Source: a virus
Virus record (IMG/VR): IMGVR_UViG_3300024346_000041
Coordinates: 11,405 to 75,404 of that record
Strand: one strand, 5' to 3'
DNA length: 64,000 nt
Part shown: positions 48,908 through 58,540 of the stretch, piece by piece
How positions within the stretch are numbered: position 1 is the first letter of the stretch
Layout of the letters: every line of letters starts with the position of its first letter
Notes under the pieces: model-generated
Told to the model about the DNA's origin: nothing
What the model saw: only the letters and a program-made list of their open reading frames with translations
Databases searched by the model: none
Translations under genes and position numbers: made by a program

Positions 48908-49519
48908 ATGAAACATGACATGGAAAGATGCCCAGACGCTTTAAAGTCAAAGGTATCTTCAGAGAGACCTGAAGGTACTATGACAGTTCTGGGATTAGAT
49001 TTAGGTACATCTTGTGGCTACTCTTATTGTTTTTTAACTAAAGGCTCTTCTGATAGAAGAATGCACGCTGGTCAGCTGGACTTATCAGCTGGCCCATATG
49101 ACTCAGGGGCTATAAGGTTTATAAGGCTAAGGCACTTTCTAGCCGCTATCAAGCCGGACCTTGTGGCATTTGAAGACGTCAGGTACACTCCTCCGAATAC
49201 AGGCTTTCAAAGCGTTGGTGCTTTGTTAGCTAGGGCAGCCCCCGCTTGCGAGTGGTTTGGTGCTCTTAAGGCTACTGTGGCTACTTGGTGTGAGGCGCAG
49301 GGAATACCTAGTACAGGCATTCCTATCGGCACTATTAAGAAAAGGGCAACTGGAAAAGGAAACGCCAATAAGAGCGATATTATTGCTGCGTGCAATAAAG
49401 AGTTTGGTTTTAACTTTGAAGTAGAAGGCTATGAAAGCACCGGTGTGGATAACATAGCTGATGCAGTTTATGTTTGCTCTGTTTTGATAGAGCAGTATGG
49501 TTCAGGATTAGAGTTTTAA
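48908..49519 (+). CDS. ruvC: RuvC-like Holliday junction resolvase
   Basis: VLGLDLGT, VAFEDV, IKKRATGKGNANK, DNIADA. Confidence 0.85.
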   Translation: MKHDMERCPDALKSKVSSERPEGTMTVLGLDLGTSCGYSYCFLTKGSSDRRMHAGQLDLSAGPYDSGAIRFIRLRHFLAAIKPDLVAFEDVRYTPPNTGFQSVGALLARAAPACEWFGALKATVATWCEAQGIPSTGIPIGTIKKRATGKGNANKSDIIAACNKEFGFNFEVEGYESTGVDNIADAVYVCSVLIEQYGSGLEF

Positions 49520-49536
49520 TTATATGAAAGGGTTAT

Positions 49537-50532
49537 ATGAAGAAGTCGTTTGATAGTTCAAGTCAAGTAAAGGCTGCAGAAACAATATTGTCAGCTCCCA
49601 GCGCAGAATCCACAACAGCTTACTTTATGGACGCTTTAAGGTTATCCCAGATGCTGCAGTGGAGGGCCATAGAGGACCTAGAGGCTCAAGCTAAAGCTGC
49701 AGGCGCATCAGAGGAAGCTATAGTAAGGCTTAAGAAGGACGTGCTATCTTTAGCTAGGACCACCCCTATTGATAAGTGCATGCTTCCAAAGACTTGTATG
49801 AGAGTAGCCGGTTATCTTGCAAAGTCTATTCCTAACCACAAGAGGGATATGACATCAAACTTAAGCAAGAAGACTGCTGCCCTTAAAAATGTGATAGTAG
49901 GTGCAGATAAGAAGCGTAACCAGGCTTATAGGTTTGATGCAGGAATGACTGATCCTATATCTGCGTCTATTCCCATGATTGTATTTGGAAAGAGAAAAGA
50001 TCTGGACTGTGTTATATCTCACATTCTAAATTGCGCTGAGAACAACTTACAGAACTGTTTGCACCTTAGCATGAAATCTTACAACAAGAAGTTTAACAAG
50101 TATTACAGGAAGATACATCCAGACGATTGGACTGACAAGCTAAGGTCAAAGGATGGTTTGTTCTCTTTGATCAAAGAGTCAAGCAAGCTAACTCCACTAA
50201 ACCTTCTGCTAGTAGATGAGCTATGTCATGGGTTTAACCCAAAGGCCACAGCTGCTGAGCGCAGGCTCGGATCTAAGATAGGAAGAAAGGGTAGGTATAA
50301 GGAAGCTCTGTGCTGCTTTAAGAGATGTAGGACAAACACCTCAGTAAAAGGTATCTGCACTATAGCGTTCCACTCCACTGACAGTAACATTGGAGAGCAG
50401 AATCAAGAAGTAACTAAATCTTTTTACGACTTAGGTTCTCCGTTCGATTGTTTGTCAGATAAGAAGTCAGTGTGGTTGGTAGACCGCTTAGGTAATGTAA
50501 CCTTAACTATTGCAAGGGCTGACCATGAATAA
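49537..50532 (+). CDS. hypothetical protein
   Basis: Long ORF; LLLVDE without a Walker A. Confidence 0.6.
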   Translation: MKKSFDSSSQVKAAETILSAPSAESTTAYFMDALRLSQMLQWRAIEDLEAQAKAAGASEEAIVRLKKDVLSLARTTPIDKCMLPKTCMRVAGYLAKSIPNHKRDMTSNLSKKTAALKNVIVGADKKRNQAYRFDAGMTDPISASIPMIVFGKRKDLDCVISHILNCAENNLQNCLHLSMKSYNKKFNKYYRKIHPDDWTDKLRSKDGLFSLIKESSKLTPLNLLLVDELCHGFNPKATAAERRLGSKIGRKGRYKEALCCFKRCRTNTSVKGICTIAFHSTDSNIGEQNQEVTKSFYDLGSPFDCLSDKKSVWLVDRLGNVTLTIARADHE

Positions 50533-51187
50533 TAAGAAGCTAAGCCAAGAGGAGATAGAGTCTAGGCTTGAAGGTGTACCAGAAACTACGCTAGAAGGTA
50601 GAGTACCTGTATCCGAAGGTGTAGTCGATGGCGGCATAGACAACCCAACATTAGAGGATCTTAAGAAACTACCTCCTTTAAAAAGGGTTGAGCTTTCAGA
50701 CTCACTTCATAGCCTTTCTAATGACTTTGTATTCTTTAACCACACAGCCCTGTTCTCCAAAGGAGGACTAGACTTTGACCCTCTTAAGGAGTATCAGATA
50801 TGGGCTGATAATCAGGACTTGGTCAGCTATGTTATCTTTAACAGAAGCATATTTAGTGGCCTTGATTATCCTGATAACAGTGGCGGTCATGACTGTATGC
50901 TCTCATTTGTTCCAATAGAGCACTGGCATGTTATAGAAAAAGCTATAGGCAAGTTTACAATACTTAATCGTGCAAAAGGTCATATGTTTCTTTGTGAGAT
51001 GGTCAAGGTTAGAATACCAGACCCTAAGCAACCGAGCTTGACTATAGAGCCTTATCTGTGGAAGATGAACGGCTCAAGCCATAGCTGGGATTACAAAGGC
51101 TTTCCAGTTCCTAAACTAGTTAAGTTACCAGCTAGCTATGAAGCTAAGTATTTAATGAAAGTAGTAAACAATGAACCATCCAACTGA
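50510..51187 (+). CDS. hypothetical protein
   Basis: Operon context. Confidence 0.6.
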   Translation: MQGLTMNNKKLSQEEIESRLEGVPETTLEGRVPVSEGVVDGGIDNPTLEDLKKLPPLKRVELSDSLHSLSNDFVFFNHTALFSKGGLDFDPLKEYQIWADNQDLVSYVIFNRSIFSGLDYPDNSGGHDCMLSFVPIEHWHVIEKAIGKFTILNRAKGHMFLCEMVKVRIPDPKQPSLTIEPYLWKMNGSSHSWDYKGFPVPKLVKLPASYEAKYLMKVVNNEPSN

Positions 51188-51467
51188 TTTTATATATCGC
51201 AAAACAAAAACGTTCGTAGAGGAGAGAGTTTACGAACGACCTGCTGGAGCTACTCCAGACGATTGGAGGCTTGTACGCATAAACGAGCCATTGGACGACA
51301 CTATCAACGAGTGGCTGTTAAATAACCAGTTTACCATTGTTGCAACATCTGCTCCTGGAATGGACAGCAGATGGTTAGACAAGGAGATGACCAGAAGGTC
51401 AGTTCTGGTGGCCATAACCGTTATTTATGAAGGTAACCAAAATGGACAATGGCCTGAACGAAAGTGA
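51171..51467 (+). CDS. hypothetical protein
   Basis: Operon context. Confidence 0.55.
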   Translation: MNHPTDFIYRKTKTFVEERVYERPAGATPDDWRLVRINEPLDDTINEWLLNNQFTIVATSAPGMDSRWLDKEMTRRSVLVAITVIYEGNQNGQWPERK

Positions 51468-51783
51468 TTCGGGCCAGACAGCGAAGGATTTATATCACAT
51501 CGTTGTTGTACCCTCTCATGGTTATCCTGAGTGTTTATCTTTCAATAGCAAGGAAGACTTTGTAGAGAAGCTCCGTTCTTACAACGGCAAGCGGGTGAGT
51601 TGTCACGTTTTTTATGGAGAGCGGATGCACATATCCCTTCCTCCACGCAAGCTAATCAATTCAGATGGACAGGTAGAGGCTGACCTTTCTTACGAGCCTA
51701 AGAGTACAGAATTAGACCCTAACGGCTCCATGTTTGACGACATGGAGGTGTTTGACGACGATGATGAGTACTTCAAGTCTTAG
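51427..51783 (+). CDS. hypothetical protein with acidic tail
   Basis: Operon context. Confidence 0.55.
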   Translation: MKVTKMDNGLNESDSGQTAKDLYHIVVVPSHGYPECLSFNSKEDFVEKLRSYNGKRVSCHVFYGERMHISLPPRKLINSDGQVEADLSYEPKSTELDPNGSMFDDMEVFDDDDEYFKS

Positions 51784-51786
51784 CTA

Positions 51787-51818
51787 AATCCAGACCATAA
51801 ATGCGTCATAATATAGTG
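51787..51818 (+). promoter_or_regulatory. repeated phage promoter-like motif (copy C)
   Basis: AATCCAGACCATAAATGCGTCATAATATAGTG, 28/32 identical to 63421..63452. Confidence 0.7.
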
Positions 51819-51848
51819 CTACCTTATGGGTGGCAGAAAGGGGCGGCC

Positions 51849-52133
51849 ATGTTTGAAAACATTGTGGCAGGCCTTGTAATAACCTCCTTTGTAGTGACCC
51901 TTTTATGGGTCAACTTTTCAAAGGGTAAATCTGGGCGGGTAGCCCAAGACGGTGCGGGCCCTGGTTACAGGCCCCACGTTCAATACGCCGGAGCACTACG
52001 AGAAGTGGTCCGGCGGAAGGCTCAGAGTGATGGCCAAGTGGCCTGTACTCTGAGGCCTGATACGAAAGGGGCCCCAAGGCCCCAGCTTACTGTCTCGAAA
52101 GACAGTATTCTATGGGTAAAGAAGAAATTTTAA
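51849..52133 (+). CDS. small membrane-anchored protein
   Basis: The track ATG at 51801 lies inside the promoter motif; GAAAGGGG precedes ATG 51849; N-terminal TM helix. Confidence 0.5.
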   Translation: MFENIVAGLVITSFVVTLLWVNFSKGKSGRVAQDGAGPGYRPHVQYAGALREVVRRKAQSDGQVACTLRPDTKGAPRPQLTVSKDSILWVKKKF

Positions 52134-52798
52134 AGGAGTCTATTATGTCCCAGCAGCTAAAGGATTTGGCCCTTGTTACTCTGACCCCCAGCGCATGGGA
52201 GGAGTCTTTTAAGGAAGAATTTTCTCCAGTAGGCCAGATTGGTGTTATCGTTGGATACCCCAACGGCGTCGTTGGGGTTTTCAGTAGGTCGAAGACCTAC
52301 CCATATAGCTACGTGGCCCGTCAGGCTGTTGACCCCTTAGGAAAGGTCTTTAGAACTTTCTGCAAAAGAAGCCCTTCAAATAGAAGGGCTTTTGATAAAG
52401 CCTTGGATAGATTCGAGACTGGTGACCTCATACCACAGGCGGTGCAACTGCCTGTGGGTTACGGAATGATGTCGTCTTCGGACGACATCAGTCTTGAGTC
52501 ATTGGCTTTGGCTTCTGGGGCTGAAGCTCCAGAGGCCTTAGAGGCTGCACTTCTAGGTTCCATCAAGTTGATGGCGCCATACAGGATGGCGCCATGCGCC
52601 ATTCTTGAGGATTCAGTTTTGTCGGAGCCAGCTAGAATCTACGAGTGCGTAGACACACTCATAGATGCAGATGGGCTTCCCAACCCTCAAGTCGTTACCA
52701 GAGCTTCTCTCGAAGCCGCTGGACTTGGTCTGGAGGAGCTGTACAAGTTCTTCCAGCCTAATAGGGTAAGGCTGCCACGGCAGTCTGTCACCAAGTAA
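52112..52798 (+). CDS. hypothetical protein (likely start 52145)
   Basis: AAGGAG RBS before 52145; more GC-rich than its neighbours. Confidence 0.65.
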   Translation: MGKEEILKESIMSQQLKDLALVTLTPSAWEESFKEEFSPVGQIGVIVGYPNGVVGVFSRSKTYPYSYVARQAVDPLGKVFRTFCKRSPSNRRAFDKALDRFETGDLIPQAVQLPVGYGMMSSSDDISLESLALASGAEAPEALEAALLGSIKLMAPYRMAPCAILEDSVLSEPARIYECVDTLIDADGLPNPQVVTRASLEAAGLGLEELYKFFQPNRVRLPRQSVTK

Positions 52799-52803
52799 AA
52801 CTC

Positions 52804-52853
52804 ACAATCCGATTCCCTCTTAGGAGGGCGTCGGATTGTTTTTTTAGCTATCA
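52804..52853 (+). terminator. Rho-independent terminator ending in TTTTTTAGCTATCA
   Basis: ACAATCCGA/TCGGATTGT stem and T tract; same tail at 63385..63398. Confidence 0.8.
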
Positions 52854-53062
52854 GCTATGGTCTTCAAATGGATCTGACAATAAGATGTCAAGTATAAGCG
52901 GTATGCCTATCCATAAAAGATAGACGGCAGCTAAGGTAAGCAGTATGCTACAAAAACTACATATATCTATCTCTTCGTACGATATCATGTTGCTTATTAT
53001 CCTAATAAACAGTAAAACCCTGTGTTAGGTAAGGAATAGTTAAACTTAGGAAGGATTCACTA

Positions 53063-53824
53063 ATGTCAGATTCAAGACTAGCACCAGTTACAGGAGGGTC
53101 TACTATAGACCACAGCAGAAAAGTTACTAAGATGATCGTAGACCCACATGAGAGCGACTCCTTTGTTATTGATTTAAATACTATTAAGTCACCAGACAAC
53201 CCTTATAAGGTTAAAGATGATGGCAGTCAAGATCTTAGAAAGTTAGCTCAAGCAGAAAGGTCCAAGATGATATCTGACAATTTAAGAAGGTTTTCTACTA
53301 CTTCTTCATCTACTACACCTCCCAGTCTAGGCACAGTAGCATCTACCATCGATGGGGCTAATCATGTTCATCCTGCTGCGCAGCTACCAGAGGCGTCAGT
53401 TACGCCTCCTATGGTAAGGGTGTATTTTGACATGCCAAGCTTAGCTACTTTAAATTACAAGTATCACGGGGCTGCAATAACTCCAGGTTACTTAGTACTT
53501 ACTACTGACATGCGTTACGCAGGTCCTGGAGAGTTTTATCCGTTTACCAGCAAGTTAGCTAATGAAGCTGACGCTTACATAGGCGTAATGGTTGAAGGTA
53601 TAGACAGCCTATTTATAGTTAAGCCTCCAATTCTTCAGCATAAGTTTGGTCCCTACGAGCATTGCTTAGTACCTATCTCTCAAGAGAAGCCTATGCCGCC
53701 TGAGCTAATAAAAGAGCTAGTTGAAGATAAGCCAGTGGAGACGTCTCCACAAGAAGAGTATGATGATAGCGCTGTAAAAAGCGACGTTGACTCTGCAAAA
53801 GTTATAGAAGAAGGCGTCCTTTAA
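53063..53824 (+). CDS. hypothetical protein upstream of the portal
   Basis: AAGGA RBS; palindrome copy at 53735. Confidence 0.65.
   Translation: MSDSRLAPVTGGSTIDHSRKVTKMIVDPHESDSFVIDLNTIKSPDNPYKVKDDGSQDLRKLAQAERSKMISDNLRRFSTTSSSTTPPSLGTVASTIDGANHVHPAAQLPEASVTPPMVRVYFDMPSLATLNYKYHGAAITPGYLVLTTDMRYAGPGEFYPFTSKLANEADAYIGVMVEGIDSLFIVKPPILQHKFGPYEHCLVPISQEKPMPPELIKELVEDKPVETSPQEEYDDSAVKSDVDSAKVIEEGVL
53735..53750. repeat. dispersed palindrome GTGGAGACGTCTCCAC
   Basis: Inside a CDS, read as VETSPQ. Confidence 0.95.
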
Positions 53825-53864
53825 TACTTAAAATATAGTAAAGAGGCAGGAGGCCTATCTTACA

Positions 53865-55772
53865 ATGGCTGATTATTCTGAAGGTGCGTTAGGTAGAGGA
53901 TGGGCCCTTAACAATAGGGGAGATGAGCCTTTTCCAGACCCGTTCATGGATTACGCTAGCACCGTTATGCCTGAGAACATACGGGACGCTTTGCGCTACT
54001 GCGAATTTATATTCAATTCCAACTCTATGATCAGAGAAGCCGCTAGGCGTATTCTCAGTTATTTTATAACCGAGATAGAGATTAAGGGCGTAGGTAACAA
54101 GAACATAGGCGACGACGAGAAGGAGAAGTACGAGACGTTCTTGAACGAAACCTTAGACATAAGAACCATTCTTCACTCTGTAGGTTTAGACTTCTTGTGC
54201 TACGGTAACAGCTTTACCACTCTTGTTGTACCTTTTAGACGCTACTTGGCCTGCCCACAGTGCCACCTTGATGTTCCTTTAAAAGAAGTAATCAATAACT
54301 CTAATTTCTCATTCAAGTGGAAGATGCCAGACTTTAGTGCTAACTGCCCTAAATGTAAGTACACAGGCATTTGGAAAAGAACAGACAGAAGAACCAACGA
54401 GATAGACGAAGTAAGAGTAAGGAGATGGCCTGCAGTAGAGATGGAGATCAGGCACGACCCTGTACGTGACAATCGAGATTACCTCTGGCGTATACCAGAG
54501 GACTATAGAATGCAAGTAAGGAGAGGTGATCCACAGGTGCTTGAAACAGTACCTTGGGAGATCGTAGAGGCTGTAGCAGCTAATGGCTTCTTATTGTTTG
54601 ATAAGGGTGCCATTCACCATATGTACGAGCCAACCCTTTCAGGTGTAAGGTCTAGAGGTTGGGGTATCTCTAGAACTCTGGTTAACTTTAGGCACGCTTG
54701 GTATTGCCAAGTTCTTCACAGATACAATGAAGCTATAGCGCTAGACTACGTTATTCCGTTTAGGGTTCTAAGCCCTCAACCTCAGTCAAGCTCTCTGCCA
54801 GAAGGTGGAGACCCTTTAATGAACATGGACCTAGGAGGCCTTCGAGGGCAGGTTCAAGCTATGCTTAGGAAGAGAAGGAAGGATCCAGCAGCTTGGCACT
54901 TTCTTAGCACTCCTATTCAGTATCAATCGCTAGGAGGAGAGGCAAAGAACCTAGCACCTAATGACTTACTAGAGTCAGGTATCAACATGTTGCTTAACGG
55001 GTTTGGTATGCCTGCAGAGCTATACCGTGGGACATTGAATCTTCAAGCTGCTCTTCCAGCTATTAGGCTGTTTGAGTCTAGCTGGTACTATCTAGTGCAT
55101 TGCCTAAACGCTTTCCTTAGGCAGCTGACCAAGGACATAGGCGACGCGTTTGGATGGGAGCCTGCGGTATGCAAGCTAATCAGGCCAAGTATTCTAGACG
55201 ATGTACAGCTTATTATGTCCAAGATGCAGTTGATGCAGTCACAGCAGGTAAGCCAGACTGGCGTGCTTAGAAGCCTTGGACTTAACTTCAAGGATGAGCA
55301 GCGTCAGATGATGGAAGAAGAGAGGTTTAAACAAGAAGAGCAGGCTAAGATGCAAGAGGACATGGATCAGTCTGCACTTATGGAGCAAATGGCTCCACCT
55401 GTTATTGATCAGATTCAGCAAGGGCAGCAAGGGCAAGAAGGCCAGCAGCCTCCAGGCTATGGAGCTCCTCCGGCTCCAGGTCAGGCTCCTCCGGCTGGAG
55501 CAGCTGGAGCAGCAGCTCAAGGTATGTCGTTGGCTACGCCTACGTCTCCTAATCAAAAAGTAACTCCTCAGGATTTGCAAGCTAAGGCACAGGCCCTTGC
55601 AGACCAACTCATGTCTATGCCTGAGTCTCAGAGGCAATCTGAGATGACTAAGCTTAAGTCTCAAGACCCAGTTATTCATAGCTTGGTTAAACAGACTATA
55701 GGAAACATTAGGCAGCAGGCTCAGACAGCAGGTGCTAGATCTATACTACAGCAGCAATATGGGGTTATTTAA
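53865..55772 (+). CDS. probable portal protein
   Basis: Size, DFLCYGN motif, CxxC insert, Gln/Pro-rich C-terminal tail; terminase in the same genome. Confidence 0.6.
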   Translation: MADYSEGALGRGWALNNRGDEPFPDPFMDYASTVMPENIRDALRYCEFIFNSNSMIREAARRILSYFITEIEIKGVGNKNIGDDEKEKYETFLNETLDIRTILHSVGLDFLCYGNSFTTLVVPFRRYLACPQCHLDVPLKEVINNSNFSFKWKMPDFSANCPKCKYTGIWKRTDRRTNEIDEVRVRRWPAVEMEIRHDPVRDNRDYLWRIPEDYRMQVRRGDPQVLETVPWEIVEAVAANGFLLFDKGAIHHMYEPTLSGVRSRGWGISRTLVNFRHAWYCQVLHRYNEAIALDYVIPFRVLSPQPQSSSLPEGGDPLMNMDLGGLRGQVQAMLRKRRKDPAAWHFLSTPIQYQSLGGEAKNLAPNDLLESGINMLLNGFGMPAELYRGTLNLQAALPAIRLFESSWYYLVHCLNAFLRQLTKDIGDAFGWEPAVCKLIRPSILDDVQLIMSKMQLMQSQQVSQTGVLRSLGLNFKDEQRQMMEEERFKQEEQAKMQEDMDQSALMEQMAPPVIDQIQQGQQGQEGQQPPGYGAPPAPGQAPPAGAAGAAAQGMSLATPTSPNQKVTPQDLQAKAQALADQLMSMPESQRQSEMTKLKSQDPVIHSLVKQTIGNIRQQAQTAGARSILQQQYGVI

Positions 55773-56296
55773 TGAACGTTATTAGTAGCTTTTTAAGCAT
55801 GCTATTCGATGTTTCATCGAGACGCAGGCAAGGCAGGGATGCAGACATGCCAACTAGCAAAGAGTGCAATACGATGTTGGACCTACACAACAAGACTAGG
55901 AGCGTGTACGACTTAGCTCCTTTAGCGATTAGCGAAAGCTGCTGCACAGTGGCTCAAGCTCACGCAGTGTGGATGGCTAACACGCAATCAGTTTCTCACC
56001 TAGGTTTCAGCTTCTTTGGTCCTTCTCAAAGACTTACTATAGTAGGCGAGGACCCTTCAAACATAGGAGAGTGTATATCATTCTCCATGACAAATGACCC
56101 ATCATCTGTAATGAAGTCTTGGTTCAACTCTACAACTCATAGACCAATCATTTTAGGTGACTACACTCAATTTGGAATGGGTAGGGCTTGTAGCAAGGAT
56201 GGATACAACTTTTGGTGCGCTGTGTATATAGACGGTGTTAGAACTAGCGATGCCCCTAAGCTAGCCATGTCTGACAGCTTAGTTGACGTAGATTAA
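55772..56296 (+). CDS. CAP/SCP (YkwD-like) domain protein
   Basis: HNKTR...L.PL, AQAHAVWMA, GECI, WFNSTTHRPIILG..TQFGMG. Confidence 0.8.
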   Translation: MNVISSFLSMLFDVSSRRRQGRDADMPTSKECNTMLDLHNKTRSVYDLAPLAISESCCTVAQAHAVWMANTQSVSHLGFSFFGPSQRLTIVGEDPSNIGECISFSMTNDPSSVMKSWFNSTTHRPIILGDYTQFGMGRACSKDGYNFWCAVYIDGVRTSDAPKLAMSDSLVDVD

Positions 56297-56318
56297 ACTA
56301 TTTAAAGAAAGGTATGAC

Positions 56319-57086
56319 ATGAACGACGATAGCGTGATGATGGCGACTGTTGTTTCCACATCAAACAGAAATGAAGCTTGGTCTAAGCTTCAGTCATTCT
56401 TCTTAGACAGGTCTATTGGTGTTAAGCTTACTAAGCACGTAGTACTTAATGCTGCTATGGAAGAGCCTTGGGTTGAAAAAGGCTACAAAGTCATAGCTTC
56501 ATTTAAAAACAACAAGGGTCATGCTGATGGTATTAAGCCAATAATAAAGGCTTTCAAAGAAAGCGACCACAAGTGGTTACTGTTGCTAGATAGCGACGCT
56601 TTTCCTTTTAGGGCAGATTGGTTTTACGTATGTAAGCGAATGATGGAGATGAAGGATAGAAACGCTGCTGCAGTAGTAAGGTTTGAAAACTTTGATGCGT
56701 TCCCTCACCCTTGCGTTTTCTTAGCTAGTAAAGAGTTTTTCGATTCTGATGCGAGCTTTGATCCAAAGTCTACATTTAATCTGCTTGGTAAGGAAGTAAG
56801 TGATGTTGGTACAGGCCTTGTTCCTTTCATGAATAAGATTGTACCTTTGATAAGAACAAACAAGGTAAATTACCATCCGTTGCTTGGAGCAGTATATGGT
56901 CATATGTTTTATCACCACGGAGCAGGTAGTAGATTCCCTAAGTTAACAAGGCTAGCTGTGTCTGGAATGTGCGATCACTATATTCGCATTGAAGACCACG
57001 ACATTGCTGAGGGTAAGATGCTTAAGAAGCTTGTAGAGAGCCCTGGCACTTACCTAGACGTTTTAGTTAACGGCATCAATTTATGA
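56319..57086 (+). CDS. glycosyltransferase (GT-A fold)
   Basis: LLLDSDAFP, PHPC, FYHHGAGSR. Confidence 0.65.
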   Translation: MNDDSVMMATVVSTSNRNEAWSKLQSFFLDRSIGVKLTKHVVLNAAMEEPWVEKGYKVIASFKNNKGHADGIKPIIKAFKESDHKWLLLLDSDAFPFRADWFYVCKRMMEMKDRNAAAVVRFENFDAFPHPCVFLASKEFFDSDASFDPKSTFNLLGKEVSDVGTGLVPFMNKIVPLIRTNKVNYHPLLGAVYGHMFYHHGAGSRFPKLTRLAVSGMCDHYIRIEDHDIAEGKMLKKLVESPGTYLDVLVNGINL

Positions 57087-57697
57087 GTTTGAATCTAATC
57101 AATTTCTTTGATTGGTTTAAATCTAATCTGTTTTACAAGCCTTGGCTAGTAGTAGGTAAAGGGCCGTCATTTGACAGGGTAGCAGATATAGACTTAAACG
57201 ACTACCACGTAGTAGGTTTAAACCACGTCATGTTTAAGATACCATGCCTACTAGGTCACGTTATTGATTTTGATGTGATCAAATTGTCGGTAAACAATAA
57301 CCTTTGCCGACATATTGTAACACCTTGGGAGCCTCACGTTAACTTTGTACCTTGCGGTTCGACAGCTGCTAACTTGTTTTCTGATAATAGCTTAAGTATA
57401 AATGTTCCGGTCTTATGGTACAATAGTTCTCGTTCAAAAGAGATCATGATTCAGTCAGGCCCTGTGGTTAGAGTAAAGCTATTTAGTGCTGTAGCCGTTG
57501 TTAACCTATTAGCCAGCGCCGGAGTAAAAGACATATTAACCCTCGGAGTAGATGAGGGTGATCAGTATTCTTCTGCTTTTGATGATGAGTCTAGGCTGTC
57601 AAACGGGCGTACTTCATTTAAGGGTCAGGTCAAAGAGTTTAAGATAGCTTCCAAAACCTTCGGAGTTAGTGTAAAACCTTTATTCAAAGTTCGTTAG
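57083..57697 (+). CDS. Maf/DUF115-like glycosyltransferase-related protein
   Basis: LVVGKGPS, VVGLNH, ILTLGVD. Confidence 0.6.
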   Translation: MSLNLINFFDWFKSNLFYKPWLVVGKGPSFDRVADIDLNDYHVVGLNHVMFKIPCLLGHVIDFDVIKLSVNNNLCRHIVTPWEPHVNFVPCGSTAANLFSDNSLSINVPVLWYNSSRSKEIMIQSGPVVRVKLFSAVAVVNLLASAGVKDILTLGVDEGDQYSSAFDDESRLSNGRTSFKGQVKEFKIASKTFGVSVKPLFKVR

Positions 57698-57728
57698 TTC
57701 ACGCAAACGCGTTTCCGCGAACTAACGA
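57691..57728. repeat. 38-bp near-perfect palindrome
   Basis: TCGTTAGTTCACGCAAACG|CGTTTCCGCGAACTAACGA, two mismatched pairs. Confidence 0.8.
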
Positions 57729-57766
57729 CCTAGCTAAGTTAACTTTACTGGACTAAGGATTAGGCT

Positions 57767-58531
57767 ATGACACAAGAAACTATACGTATATTTGTAGGAA
57801 CTGAAGAGAAGACTAAAATACCTCTCGATGTTCTTAGTCATTCTATACGAAGACATTGCTCTATGCCTGTAGAGATAACTCCTATGGAGGGACCCAAGTG
57901 GCAAGTTCCAAGAGGTTTACATCAAGGAACTGGGTTCAGCCTTCGCAGGTTTATGATTCCAGCTGCGTGTGGATTTGAAGGCCGCGCCATATACCTTGAC
58001 GCTGACCAGTTAGTGCTAGGGGATATAGCTGAGCTTTGGGGTTATTCAAAGCTTATGAGCAGCAATCAATCAGTAGCTTGTACTTACCAAGTGGACAAAT
58101 TTAAGCCTAACGACCCTTGGCCTAATACATCAGTCATGGTCATAAACTGTGAATCTTGTGGATGGATTCCTGAAGAGCTTTGGAACACTTTAAAGAATGG
58201 GTATTCTTATCCTAACTTCATGCACCTTACATTTATGAAAGACATGCCAATGAAGATTCCAAACTATTGGAACCACCTCAATGTATACGAGACCTCTACT
58301 ACTAGGCTCATTCATTACACAAAAGAGCCTGAGCAGCCTTGGTATAAGCCAGATCATCCTTTAGCTGGAATGTGGGAATCGGAGCTTATTAGGGCTATAG
58401 CCAGTAAGTGTGTACTTAGAGGTGACTTTGTACACGCTCTTAGACTGTGGTCAGCCCCTAGGCTAGATAATAGATTGAAGCAGGGGCTACACCCATACTA
58501 TGAGAAGCATCTAAAAAGCTTTACAGACTAA
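57767..58531 (+). CDS. GT8-like glycosyltransferase
   Basis: IFVG, TGFSLRRF, AIYLDADQ, TSVMVINC, WNHL, IHYT. Confidence 0.8.
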   Translation: MTQETIRIFVGTEEKTKIPLDVLSHSIRRHCSMPVEITPMEGPKWQVPRGLHQGTGFSLRRFMIPAACGFEGRAIYLDADQLVLGDIAELWGYSKLMSSNQSVACTYQVDKFKPNDPWPNTSVMVINCESCGWIPEELWNTLKNGYSYPNFMHLTFMKDMPMKIPNYWNHLNVYETSTTRLIHYTKEPEQPWYKPDHPLAGMWESELIRAIASKCVLRGDFVHALRLWSAPRLDNRLKQGLHPYYEKHLKSFTD

Positions 58532-58540
58532 CGGTGGACA

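Noticed and set aside
55239-55679. 146-aa minus-strand ORF, and the many other 60-110 aa antisense ORFs in the track
   Set aside because: Shadows of longer motif-bearing + strand genes
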